Program-made: the position numbers and the translations under genes
Part shown: positions 25,169-38,560 of the stretch, one piece after another
Position numbering within the stretch: the stretch's first letter is position 1
Layout: the number at the start of each line of letters is the position of its first letter
Notes under the pieces: generated by a model
The model's input: only the letters and a program-made list of their open reading frames with translations
Database searches by the model: none
What the model was told of the DNA's origin: nothing
From: Marsupella aquatica
Lineage: Eukaryota > Plantae > Marchantiophyta
Direction: 5' to 3'
Length of the DNA stretch: 64,000 nt
NCBI GenBank assembly: GCA_973895155.1
Contig: OZ316899.1
Span: 2,625,455-2,689,454, forward strand

Positions 25169-25822
25169 ATGGCTAGGACCAAGCATAAAGCCAGAAAGAA
25201 TGATACTCAAACGAGAAAGGAGGAAGATGTGTTGATGATTGAATTGTGGTCAGACATTGAGAAACGTCAGTGTAGTCCCCAACTTTGTGGCATTTGTGAT
25301 TGGCATGGAGATCTGGCCATGTGTGATGGGGCTTGCCATCGACACTTCCACCATGTTTCCAAAGTTGGTGAGGCTGTCGGCAGGTGCCCTGCCGTATTTA
25401 TTGCACCAGGCAAGGATGACAATCCTTGGTATTTTCCAGAGTGTAAGGATAACACATATAGGTGTTTTTAGTGTGGCATTGTCTCTGCTGCAGCCAAGCA
25501 GTGCCCCCAGCCATATTGTGTTTGTTTTTATTGTCATGGATGCTTGCCACTTGATGTGGAGTCTTGCCCCATCCATACATGTGTTGCCTGCCAGCAAGAC
25601 CATCGTGACCCTCATCTGGCAGAGGCCGTGCAGTGTTTGAGATGTCCCAAAACTTGACATTGTACTTGCCTAGCCAAGAGCCAGCGTGAAGGTTTTGCAC
25701 CGGACAGAGTGCCCTGGCATCATATTGCACATGACCAGGGATGTTGGATGATTTACTGTCCTGACCATCCTATTGACCCTGCTCTAGGCATAGCGGCACA
25801 TGATCACATCTCTTGGCTTTGA
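25169..25822 (+). pseudogene. EDM2/NSD-type triple-PHD protein with H3-tail-like N-terminus (CACTA-1 cargo)
   Basis: Single 218-codon frame with two internal stops: MARTKHKARK..CGICDWHGDLAMCDGACHRHFH..CPIHTCVAC..CLRCPKT*HCTCL..IYCPDHPIDPALGIAAHDHISWL*. ATG follows a splice acceptor at 25160. Confidence 0.85.
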
Positions 25823-26433
25823 TTGACGTGCCTGGTCCATTTTGGTTCAAATACATCAATACTACTATAGACATCGATACACTTAGTTAATGGAACAATG
25901 ACGTTTTGTCTGCATCACTTATTTTCTTCACACATTTTGTTCACTGTGTGAATGGTTAGCACGAGCATGGATCGAGACAATGCTCCGGGTTTAATTGACT
26001 AAGGCTCCGGAAAATCAAAGTACTCAAACTGGACTTATTTATTTGGTAATTATTATGTATACCAGTATGAGGACCATCCCAGTTGATGTTTATGGATGTC
26101 AATACTGTGGATGTGATTGAACTAATTGGACCCAGTGTTTATACGGTTGTCTTGGTTGTTGGGTGTCATGGATGGGGCATTGTCAATGGGGTATTTTCTT
26201 CAACCTGCTGTCTGTGGGTAGCAATAGAGTTTCAGGTTTGAAAGAAGCATCCTAAACACATGAAACGTAAGACATAAAACGTAAAACCTTTCTGCAAATA
26301 AAAATTCACAGTATGAACTCAAAGAGACAACTACGGAGTGGCAAGTACAGATTATGAGGGAGCTGAGCTTACTGTTGTGTCTATGTTGTAGGTTGTCACC
26401 AATGAATGTTGGAGGTGAAACACTACACTCGGT

Positions 26434-26958
26434 ATGTCGTTTTTTCTAGACTGCCACACCATATGTAGACCCCTCATACGGGTGGGTACATGGATGTATT
26501 TTGTGGTGGTTTGGCTGGTTGGTTTGGTAATCCGACAATTTGTACCCCCACCTGGAAAAATCATTGTCAACCTTGAATCTGTTTTACAGTATTGTAGGGA
26601 AAATGAGGAGGAGGTTTACTTTTCGGCAGATGAGTGTGAAGCCGGGTGTGAAGAGGATGATGAGGAATGTAGTAGTTTGCTACATGTTTTGCCATATGAT
26701 TTAGTAGTCACAAATGTATGGCCTAGGGTTCTTTCCATGTCATCAGCACAGGACATTTGCCAATATCGACTCATTAGTACCCAATGGAGGGACTTGGTAG
26801 CCATGTCCCCACCATGGAAGGCATTGAAACCACTACTTGCAGGCACAGATCGTAGACCACCATGGCATGATCTTGGGTTAGACTTAGATGACTTAATGTA
26901 CCTGCCTGAGTACCTGAGGGTTGACTATCATCGAGCACAGGAGTGGTATTTGTACTGA
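26434..26958 (+). CDS. F-box-like protein (CACTA-1 cargo)
   Basis: Open 174-aa frame; LPYDLVVTNVWPRVL..ICQYRLISTQWRDLV fits the F-box pattern; homologous copy in CACTA-3. Confidence 0.6.
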   Translation: MSFFLDCHTICRPLIRVGTWMYFVVVWLVGLVIRQFVPPPGKIIVNLESVLQYCRENEEEVYFSADECEAGCEEDDEECSSLLHVLPYDLVVTNVWPRVLSMSSAQDICQYRLISTQWRDLVAMSPPWKALKPLLAGTDRRPPWHDLGLDLDDLMYLPEYLRVDYHRAQEWYLY

Positions 26959-27303
26959 TTTGATAAGATTCACAGATCTGATATCACTCTAGTGAAGTGG
27001 GATTCTATGACTATACACCATTGTATTCTGATATGGTCATGGATGTACGTGCAGAGTAGCCTAGAGGTGTGGAGTCCAGTGCTGGTACCATTAGAGTGGA
27101 GGATTGCAGTATCCAGAGAGCTTGGAGAGGTTGCAAGGTACGTGGGTCCTCTGCATTCTGGCAAATTGAGTGGAAGACATTGATTGGATTGACTTGAAGT
27201 GGCTGAAACAATGTTGAGGAACTTTCGTGGTAGTCAAGATGACTTGAATAGGAGGGATGATAAGTTATGGCGTTGACAGACTGCAGCTTGTAGAGCTGCT
27301 GGG

Positions 27304-29946
27304 ATGACAAAGATAAAATGTCCTTGCTACATTTGCAACTGTAGGGGTAATCGTGTGAGTCTAGGGACGGTCAAAAAGCACCTCATTCAGAATTCTCGCC
27401 ACCCATCGCAAAGGTATTGGTGGGGAGAGGACTGTGACTCTTCTGATGATGAGTGGAATGCACGTTGTATGGAGGGGGATGGTGCATTTGAGGGCCCTAT
27501 GGACAATGCAAGATGTGCAGAGGAACTTGCCAATGATATGGATTGTGGCATAGATATCCCTGGGATACTAGAGGACCTGGCAATACCAAGTGAAACTGCT
27601 AATGCCAGTGAACCTGTCCAAGAAACCACTACAGAGGAGCCCACTCTGCAGGAAAGTGAAGATGGTCTCTTCAACATGGATGATCTTCTGGAGGCGGACA
27701 GTTCATCTGGAGAAGCAACACCTCAGATTTGGGACCAACAGGCAGAGGAGAAGATGATGCAAGCATTTGAAGAGGCGTGTGCCCCTTTGTATGAGGGGTC
27801 CACTACTTCCCAATTGTCATTTGTGTTGACATTTCTAAACACATGCCATAATCATGGTTTCACCAACTCTGGAGTTGATGAACTGCTTTTGTTGATGGGG
27901 AAACAGTTGATGCCTGCTAAGAATCTGCTGCCTAAAAACCTGTATGCATGCAAGAAGCTGATCAGTCATGCTGGCTTGGATTATGTCAAAATTCATGCTT
28001 GTGAGATGGATGTGTCCTATTCAGAAAGGAGCATGCTGATTGCGATGAGTGTCCACTGTGCAAAAAGCCTAGGTATAAGCAGGTTGGGCAATCAAAGCAA
28101 CCTGTGAAAGTCCTTCAACATTTCCCCCGACAGGTTGAAATGAATGTATAGGTGCAAGGCTATTTCAGAGTTGATGACATGGCATAAGGACAGTAAAAGC
28201 ACAGATGGAAAGGTCTGGCATGTTGCAGATTCTAGGGCATGGAAGGAGATTGATACAACAATTGATCCAACATTTGAAGCAGAGCCTCGCAATGTACACC
28301 TTGGATTGGCTCTGGATGGTGTGAATCCCTTTGGGGAAAACAACCTCAAGCATTCTACGTGGCCTGTGGTATTGTTGAATTACAATTTGCCCCCTTGGTT
28401 GTCCACCAAGAAGTTCTTCATTATGTTATCTTTGCTGATCCTTGGGCCCGATTCAGTGACTGACCGCAACATTGACATTTACATGGATCCATTGTTGGAG
28501 GAGATTTTGGAGCTCTGGGAGGGAGTTCCATGCTTTGATTCACTTGATAGGCCTGGCCTGAATAAGTGGTTCAATCTGCGGGCCATTCTATCGTGGACAG
28601 TGAATGACTATCCAGCTTTGGGTCTCATATTGGGTCAGGTCACAAAAGGATATCATGGATGCATTGTGTGTGGTCCCAATGTGAGCTGCAGAAGGTCTGC
28701 TGCTCTATCCAAGAATGTATTTCTGGGGAGTAGAAGGTGGTTGGAGGAGAACCATAAGTACCGCTCCCAAAGTTATGCAACAAAATTTGATGGGGAGTGC
28801 GAGCCACGGGGGCCTCCACCAAGGATGACTTGTGAGCAAAAATTAGCCTTTGCTGCTGAGGTGGAAGAGTACTTGAAAACACCTGGGGCCAAACAAGGAA
28901 GCAAGAACTGTCCTTCGAAGCTTCATGGGGTGAAGAGGACACAAGGTCTTGCAAAGCTGCCATACTGGTCGGTGAGTAAAATCACACTTGCATTCACGTT
29001 TCTTACTTAGAGATATTGCAACCAACATTGTACACACATGTCAATTTGCAGTTGGACTGATTTTCTTTTTGTTGTTTGCATGCAGAAACTTCTGATCAAC
29101 CATGTGCTGGATCCCATGCACACAGAGAAGAATATTGCTCAGAATTTGATTCACACGACTTCTGGGAAGAAGGATACCACTGCTGTGCGGAATGATATGG
29201 AGGCTGAAGGCATTCACGAGCAGCTATGGATGAAGCCTCATCCAAACAATAAGAAGGATCACTTTGTGAAGCCCAAGGCACCCTATGTGATGAGCGAACT
29301 AGAGCTGGAGAAGTTTCTGGGCACTTTGAAGAACTTGAAAGTTCCCACAGATTTTGGTAGCTCATTGGCAAAGTGTGTGAGAGCCAGCAATAAGTTGGCT
29401 GGTCTCAAGTCTCATGACTACCATTGCCTGATGCAGCAAATACTTCCCTTGGCATTGAAGGACTTGATGGCAACAGGACCTCGAATGGCTATCATTAGTG
29501 CGTGTTGTGTGTGGCATAAAATTTGCTGTAAGGTCTGGGACCCTAGCACTAAGGATGAACTGATGACGGATGTGGCACATACTTTGTGTGCTCTAGAATG
29601 CATTTTCCAGCTTTGTTTTTTGATGTCATGACACATTTGATGGTGCATATAGTGGAAGAGCTAGATATATGTGGACCTGTATCACAACGGTGGATGTATC
29701 CAATCGAGAGATACCTGACAAACCTAAAGGGTTTTGTAAGAAACAGGGCACGACCAGAGGCATCTATGGCTGAGGGTTATATCCTAGAGGAGGCATTGGG
29801 ATTTCTCATAGAGTATATATGGTTCAGTGCCAAGTAACTCGGCAGCGGGTCTGGGACTCTGAAGAAGAGGCAGGGGTTAAAGGTGTGGTCCTGGAAGGGG
29901 CCTCAAGTAAACTGTCTCTAACTGTTGCTGATCAAGATGTTGCCCA
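27304..29946 (+). pseudogene. CACTA Tnp2/TnpD transposase, 5' part
   Basis: CPCYIC..VKKHL, LGLALDGVNPFG, WPVVLLNYNLPPW, LDPMHTEKNI, LKSHDYHCLMQQ, MYPIERYL, RPEASMAEGY; intron ~28972-29085; cut by the Mutator. Confidence 0.95.
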
Positions 29947-30496
29947 GAGGCTTTTCACGGTGACAGCAAACAGCAAACAGTAGAGCTCATAGCAGCAAAT
30001 GTTTGCACCAAAAAAATCTTCCCTAATCCGACATCTCTCGTAAAATGAGATCAAAACCTCTAAAATCCATCATTTTGAAACACATCGGAATACTAGTGCC
30101 CAGCGCTACAGTCCTGAAACAGTCCAAAATACCCGAACCCTCATTCAAAACATCTATATGCAAAAGTATCCCCAAAAACATATGTATACTAGCGCCCGAC
30201 GCTAGTATACAGACCTCAATAACAGACTTAAAAACAGAGATCAACTAAAGACCATCAGATGCCAATTGATGAAACATTGGGAAAGGGGGAAGTCGTATTC
30301 TAATATCACCCAATTGTAATACATCCCAAGTTAAGATTGTTCGCTTCACAAAGGAAAGTTTAGTCAAAAAACAATGTGGACAGTCCGTCTCACTTTATAA
30401 ACACCCATCAATATTACATGTGTTCACAATAGCGCCAAGCGCTATTTTGTAAAATAGCCAATATCTATATCCCCAAAATATAGTTTTAAAGTCTGG

Positions 30497-33400
30497 CTAG
30501 CCATCAGATTCTGAATCAGTTGAATCTAGTTCTGATTCTTCTTCACTACTTTGTGATCTATCAGTAGACTCAGCTTCGTCGTCTACATACTTGCTCGGGA
30601 CGATGTCATCGACATAGCGATTCTTCATAAACTTTCTATCAGAGCCCCTTTTTAGCCTCAGGCCTTTGCTTTCCCAAGTCAGCATTCTCACAAAATCTGC
30701 TTTTCGAGCCGCCTTTTCTGCATAAGAAGGCAAGACAAACGGCTTCTCCAGGGTTTCTATTGCATTCCTAACGACTTTCCTCCATAGTTGAAAGCGCTTC
30801 CAAAGATTCCATTCAGACCTAGAAAGTTGAATCCGATATCTTTAGTCGGGTCCGGGAAAATGGTGGAATGTTGGAGACACTAACGTCACACTTAAAAAGA
30901 AAAAAAAGACAGGGAAGCTAAAGATCATTACTCAGAAGACTCTTCACTATCCTCAGATTCAGAAGACCCGAGGTTCACCACTTTCTTGGAGGCCCCATCA
31001 TCTTTGGACTGTTGCGTACCATCGCCTCCATCATTGTCCTCGTCAGAATCAAAATTAAGAACAACACGGAGTCTGTCCTGCTTCTTACTCCCCACCTGCC
31101 GGTGCGGAGGCGTGGACGTGGAGGCCTCTTTATTCTCGAGAAGTCCAAAGAAAACTTTTGTGGCAGTGTCGAGAAACTCTTTACGATTTTCAATCCCGAC
31201 TACAAACCTCCCACAATGATCTCCAGCCACAAATGTACTTCCGGCCCCAATAGTCCAGTCCATGACAATATCCCCAGGGAGGGTAATTAATTCTAGAACG
31301 GACTGCATGAAACCCACAGGCAAACGTAAGCTCCGACAAATGCAAGCTCCGGTAGAGGATCATTTTTTGGCACGGGAAAACCAATGAGATTGGTTATTGA
31401 AGGATCCTCTGTATGTGAAAGAGGCCGAAATTTGGGATCCTTAGGGACCCTACCTTTGGACGAAACACGCCCAAAAACATTGAGAGTGAGCGTAAAAATC
31501 TGCACATCGAATAATGTTTTGTTCATAATAAACATCAGATGCTACGTCGAGAATACGGAAACATTTCACGAAGAGGATATTCCACACTAGCGCCTGGCGC
31601 TAGCATCGCCGTCAATCTCCAAAGGAGGACACCAAACAGAAACTTTGGAATAGCGCCAGGCGCTACTATACATACCTGCATATCCGAGCGAGGCCTGTAC
31701 ATTGGAGTGCCCATAACAACATTGTGTGTCGAGATACACTGGAATTTCTGTGAATCTGGACAAGCTGCAATGACCTCGGAAACTTGGTCATAGTCGCCTC
31801 TGTGCAAAATCGCTAACAATCCATCATCTGCTAGGAAAGGATCCATTGTTCTGAAAAAGGCACTTGGAATCATATAATCTTGAAGGTTCCATTTAGGAAC
31901 CTTCCTATCCACAAGTGTTGGTTTCAACCCAGTCGGAAGATATATGAAACCAGCATCAACTCCAAAAGCTCTTTCTTTTCCCCCTCGGACAACCCCTTTT
32001 TCTCGATCCCCAGACTTCACCAGCTCTTTCCCCCAACCTTCAATATTAGAAACCCAGTCCGGCTTTTCTCCCTTGTTAAACAGGGAATCAAAACATTTTG
32101 TAACACTCGACTCCACAAAACAATGTCGAGTACACTTTTGTTTGAAATTCCCCACATCTCTTTGCAATCCAGTAGACGCAACTGAATCTCGGGACGAAGA
32201 TCCGAGCCTATCCTCAAGTGTTCCTCTCTTTTTCTTCTTCTTCATACTTGTCGCGTCCACTGGAACCACTGCCTTTCCACTCTCCCCAGGGGTTCCCTGA
32301 TCTGGTGTATTTTCCGCACCAGTGTTAGCTTCAGAGGCCTGAGGAGTAGCGTCCTCTTTTACATCACCGGTAGCATCCGACTTCCTTCCCCCTGAAAGAC
32401 GGAGAGGCGTTACTCAACGGAACTAGTTCTCATAATAGCGCTCGGCGCTAGTATCAATTGGGGGAAAATACGTCATACAAACAAGAGCGGGAATACTTTA
32501 CTAAATCCTAAGAGGCAAAATTTTTTAAGCGATCGAGTTGATTCACTGGGAGCTGCAGATTCATTCTTGGCCTTCACTCTTGGCTTTCGGCTCCGGTCAA
32601 CATGCACGACGACTGTCTCACATTTCTTCTGCAGTTCAGTTGTCGAAGCGTCCACTTCAATCGCAAGACCCTGCTTCATCTCCGATATGTACCTTGCTGG
32701 GATTTGCAACTTCTGTAACTTCATGAAAGCGTCTTTCTCCACCTCGTGGAAAGGCAGATCCCATTTGTCAGTGTCAAGATACCATGGGCAGTGGAGTCTC
32801 TCCCACTCTGACAAGGCGCGAGGTGGGAACTTTCCCTCAGCTGGGTACATCGAATACAGATCAACAAGGTGGTCACCATCTTTGATAATCACCCACTTTT
32901 GAAATGCACCAGGGTAAGCCTACAAAACCTCAGGAGATCGCAACTCCATCCACATGTAGAAACGGTAAACGTATCGCTTGGCTCGTTTCCGGTTCCGCTC
33001 AGTGTAGTCCTCCTTGTCTGCATACTTTGATGGCCACATTATGTTGAAAAATTTAGCCTTGACAAGGTCTCCAAATGATTTGAATTCTTCGATAATGGAC
33101 TTCATGAGAACATCCAGGGACTCACAACCAGACTTGACAAGATGATCATCTGGCATGCGATCCAAAACCTGCTCGAGCGAGGTGAGGATCAATCCAGTAG
33201 CAATTTCCTCCACTGAATTCCAGATATGCCAGGTATGGCACCATTGTTTTACAGGATCGTCGTTCACACTAGCCGGATGAAAGAACTGTTTCCGAATCTC
33301 CGGAGTGCAATGGGCAACGAGAAGGGTACACCTTAACTTTGGATCGAGATAAGTAACTGCAGTAAACAGACGAGCACGGTCCATAGTGCAAACAACTGTA

Positions 33401-34599
33401 TCGGGCTTTTTTTCTCTTTTGTTCTTCTCTGTGACGGGAAACATTTCGGCACATGTAGCCAAGTAGTCACCAAAATCAGGGTGCAGTAATGGAGTGATCT
33501 TTGTTACTTTGATAGCCCAGTCTTTTGTCGCTTCCTTCATCATAGCTTCATGCCTCTTCTGCGTCTCCTCTTCGGACCACGGAGTCCCCTAGGAGGCTAC
33601 AAAATCCATGTCCACTTTGAACTGGTTTGTGTAAGATTTAATCTTGTTCTCACACAAAATGTAGATGAGCGCGTCTTGTGGCATCTTGTGTGTATACCAA
33701 GAACCCTTTCGAGTCTTCTTTCAAATGGCTTCAAACTTAGCATAACTCGTAGCATCAATGAGGGGTTTGTAGTGCTCTAGGTCACGGGATAAAAGATGAG
33801 AGATTCTGTCGGCATCAAGAATCCAAGATGGCTCGACCACAGCTTGTCCCAACCTACGTCAAAATTTAAATGTAAATTAGCAGCGCCGGGCGCTAGTAAA
33901 ACACCAAAGATAATATCACATCCAAAATCCATCTTGAACTAGTACGTCATATTAAATGAGGTTGTCCTGAGGAATGGCTTACTGGTTGACAGCGTGCATG
34001 GCAGCCTCGAGCTCCACGAGGGAACCTTTATCTCCATTGAAAACAATGCAAGTCACACGAGGGTGGTACTTAATGTTGTCCGGATGCTCTGCTGTCACAA
34101 TCAACCACAAATACAAACGGTGATTCCATCGAAGACACAAAACATCTTGTCCTTCAAAACTCTGAAATCAGGATCAGCGTCACACTCTTCCTCGAACTTG
34201 TCATTCTCGGAAACCCAGATTGGGTCCCAAGAGGCTCTAATCTCATTAGTGCAAATCTGTGGAACCCCATCCGCATTCGTTGGCTGTACGTAAAATGGCA
34301 TGCCCATGCGCGAATTGTATCCAGAAATCCGGAATGACTCCTTCAATTTGTCGAATCCCAAAGGACAAGACATGCTTGGAAATGTAATCGTCCATTGAAA
34401 GTCCAGCAACACCAAAATCAACTCGAGCAACTTCCTCACTCGTGTCCATTCTCCCCCTTCTTGATCGCGCAGTCCGAAGAGTTGAGCCAATGTCTGAATG
34501 TGAATGAGACGCAGCGGACCGAGTCACGCGACGGGTGTACACAGGACCTGAAAAAGAGGACTGTGAGGACTCGGAATGACCGGCATGACTATCTCCCAT
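30497..34599 (-). pseudogene. MULE accessory gene: ParB/Srx-like N-terminus plus beta-class amino-MTase-like C-terminus
   Basis: KMFCVFDG(N)HRL with a 1-nt deletion at ~34115. C-terminal region: DAGFIYLPTGL..VPKWN..PFLADDGLLAILH | intron 31675-31500 | PVGFMQSVLELITLPGDIVMDWTIGAGSTFVAGDHCGRFVVGIE. Several C>T-type stops and frameshifts; exon ends approximate. Confidence 0.72.
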
Positions 34600-34882
34600 C
34601 CTTGTATTACCCCACTGAGAGATGGCGATGGCGTTGAGCAGAACGTCGGACAGTATCATACAACTCTCCCAGAGCCCCTGATCCAATACGGAGTAACAGA
34701 CTTAGGTATAGAATGTCACGCTCGAACAGGCTGCTCCAGGAGAATCACGTCTCTCCCACGAGCGCCAAGCCTAATCAGAAGGTTAAGACATGGAGTCTTG
34801 AGCACATTAGAGTGTTGCTCAACGGTAACACCAACAGATCTGAACACTTGGAAGATTACCATTGGACCAGAAACCGTCTTAT

Positions 34883-34958
34883 GTGACCAGCAATCCTCAA
34901 TGTTATGCGTGACCAGCAATCCTCAAGGTTACGCGTGACTAGCAATCCTCAGTGTTAC
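34883..34958. repeat. 26-bp tandem repeat, 3 copies
   Basis: GTGACCAGCAATCCTCAA(T/G)GTTA(T/C)GC units upstream of the accessory gene. Confidence 0.85.
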
Positions 34959-36579
34959 CGTTAAAATATGACCGTTGATCGTTTTGGCCTTATTGATAGC
35001 GCCAAGCGCTAGCAAAAACAACTCCATATTACCTGATTCAAACTACGTACTAATTTCAATAGCGCCAAGCGCTAACAAATCTCCCACGCATATATATTTT
35101 ACACAATTCAAATGGAATTCATGGATAGATGGACAAAATGGACATTATTTGGACCATTTTATCCGTAAGCGTTATTAGCGCTCGGCGCTATCATAAATTG
35201 CATCCAAATCGATGTTACTCATCACTAGAGAGTAATACAAACTCTTACATATCCACAAATATTTAAGAATCCATCTGGTGTTAGAAGCATAAGTTTGAGC
35301 ATTCCAATGCTAGCGCCGAGCGCTAATATGGAACCTATCACGGTTAAGACCACTCCATCAAAAACTACAAGCATTACGAAGACTTTCAAAAGACATTTGG
35401 TCAAAAGATTTACTCATTCCCGTAAGGCAAAACATCAAAAAACACAAACTGAATAATGAAAAATGCATAAGGGAATGGCTAATAGATTCAAACTCCATTT
35501 AATGGTATCGGCTTTACTTCACAACACTAGAAGAAAACCTGTGTTTTACTACTACAGGCCCTGCAACTACTTTGCCTAAATAACTCATACGTGGTGCCAA
35601 CCACTGTTTTTTTAATGGGTTGTAATAATCTGCATTTTATTACTCTACTTAGAACTATGTTACCTTAATCACTGATTACAACTCTCCTTTTTGCCACTAA
35701 AACTTACATCACTTGAATTAGAGTTGTATATTACACAAATTTGCAAATCACTACAATCCACCGTCCACTACACCGTCGATGTTTACAACTCTATTTTCAA
35801 CTAAGATTTTACCACTGGCGGAAACCACTACAAATACAAATACCACCAATATTTGAATGGTAAAGGTGCTTTTTCAATAAACTCCCAATCAAGTGAATCA
35901 TTTCCAAGTGATCTCAATTACTTGAAATAATGTCATTTGTGAACACACCTATTGTTACTATAAATATCACCAATAGTGGAGTCACAAATGAATTTTGTCA
36001 AAGTAACTTAAAATATTTTAGTGACAAGGACATTTTTACAAACAACTTAAGATTGAGTGGATTATTTGTCACTGTCCAAAAGTCTTTAAATAAAGTCATT
36101 ATTATCACATATTGTACAACTACAAATGTCACTCATATTAGAGTCCAATAAATATCATTTGATGCAACTTTAGACCAAGTGTCACATTCTCCATAGTCCA
36201 AAATCACTCTAAAGAATGTCATTCTCTTCATACATTTTATTAACTCCAAATGCCACTAAGAGTAGAGTGCCAATGCAGGGCCTTGCAAATGACTTGAAAT
36301 GAAGTGGATCATCTTCCATTCTCAGAAATCACTATAAATAATGTCATTCTTTAAATACATTTTGCAACTACAAATGCCACCAGCATTAGAGTGTCAAAAC
36401 AATTTTGACAATTGACTAAAAATTGGGCAGATTATTTTGTGATGTCCAAAACCTCTCCCAATGATGTTATTATCAACAAACATTTTCAGTCAAGATATGC
36501 ATGCCACTCGAATTACAATGGCAAACGAATTATATTTTACAACTTGTACCCAAACCACTATAGAACAGGTGGTTATAGG

Positions 36580-38560
36580 GTTTTGGGCACCTGTCACTTG
36601 AAATACCACCGTGTTTTGAGTTGGGAAAATTATGTGTTTAAACTTGCAATGAAGTGCATTTATATGTACCAGCCCAAACCACTTCACATAAGGTCGTTTC
36701 GGGCCCTCACCTTTTGGCAACTACAAATTACACCCGTATTTGAGTCATGCAACACACATTGGTGCGACCACTTGCTATGAACTAGTGCTAAAAGGAGTGA
36801 ATTGTGTGGACGCATCACATAAGCTCCATATTTGTAATTCCGTAGAGTCTTGGAGTGATTTGGGTGGAGTTCATGATGTTCCATAACTTGTGTGCCTCAA
36901 ATCTCTTCACCTTGGCATTTTATGCGTCACAACCTCATTGTCGTTGCTATAACTAGTTGGCACACATGATGGGGGTGTCCCACGGCTTCACCATGGGGTG
37001 GCTAACACAGAGGAATTGTGATGGCGGCGGGCCCAACCCTCCTCCTTTAATGGTGGCCCTCTGAGAATTGTCGCAAGGTGGATCCACTTCTCATTATCCA
37101 CTGTAAGTTTGTCACTCCCCAAATCACTAAAAACTCTGTTCTTCAAAGCCCTCATTTCTAGCGACTAACACTATCACTCAAGCTGGGGTGATACATCACG
37201 CATCCCTTTGAACAACTTATTGTGAAGTGGTAGTCCTAGGGTGATGGTTGTTCACAAACCACTGCAAATGAGGTGATTTTAGGGTTTAGGGCAAATGCAA
37301 CTTAAGATACCACCGTTATTTGAGTTGAGAAGTTAAATTGGATGTGAACACTTGCAATCAAGTGCATTTGAATGTACCAGCCCAGTTGACTCGAAAAAAG
37401 GTCCTTTTGAGCCCTCACCTTGCAAATACAAATTGCACCAGTATTTGAGTGGTACAACACATATTGGTGGAACGACTTGCCATGAACTAGTGCTAAAAGA
37501 AGTGAATTGTGTGGGTACATCACATAGGCTCCATATTTGTAATTCCGTAGAGTCTTGGAGTGAGTTTTGTGGAGTTCATGATGTTCCATCACTTGTATGC
37601 CTCAAAGTTCTCCACCTTGGCATTTTATGCGTCACAACCTCATTGTCGTTGCTATAACTAGTTGGCACATATGATGGGGATGTCCCACGGCTTCACCATG
37701 GGGGCGCTAACATGGAGGAATTATGATGGGCGCTGGCCCAACACGCCACCTTTCGTTGTGGTGCTCCAAGAATTGCCGCAAGATAGATCCCATTCTGTTA
37801 TGCATTGTAAGTTTGTCACTCCTCAAACCACTCAAAACAATGTTCTTCAAAGCCCTCTTTACCAATGACTCAAACTATCACTGAAGCTTGGGTGGTACAT
37901 CACGGATGACCATTGTACCCAAACCATTACAAATGAGGTGGTATGAGGGTTTAGGGCAAATGCAACTTGAAATACCACCATGTTTTGAGTTGGGAACTAA
38001 ATTGTGTGTAAACACTTGCCATAAGTGCATTCTTATGCAAGTTCTTATGCACTAGCCCAAACCATTACAAATATGGTCCTTTGGAACCCTCACCTTTTTG
38101 GCACTACAAATTGCACCCATATTTTAGTGATGCACAACACAATGGTGCAACCGCTCGCCATGAACTAGTGGTAAAAGGAGTCAATTGTGTGGACGCACTA
38201 CATTAGCTCTATGTTTGTAATTTATAGAGTCTTGGAGTGATCTGTATGAAGTTCGTGATGTTCCATCTCTTGTGTGCCTCAAAGCCCTCCACCTTTGCAT
38301 TTTATGCATCATATATAACTCCATTGCCATTGTTCTAAGTGGTTGGTACACGTGATGGGGGTGTCTCCCCGCTTTACCATGGAGGGGCTAATAGGGAGGA
38401 ATTATTATGGCCGCCGGCCCAACACTCCGGCCCCTTTGGTTGTGGCCCTTCACGAAATGGTACAAGGTACTACATCCATGGCTCTTGGGATTGTCCTCAT
38501 GAACTACTGAAAACCATTGCAAACAATGTTGTTCCAAACCTTCACATGTATGCCACTACT
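36580..38560. repeat. ~680-710-bp tandem unit (about 3 copies)
   Basis: The unit seen in CACTA-1 recurs at ~36808, ~37513 and ~38191; TTTAGGG at 37278-37291 and 37950. Confidence 0.85.

Noticed and set aside
25169-25198. Histone H3 gene
   Set aside because: Similarity ends after 10 residues and no histone fold follows.
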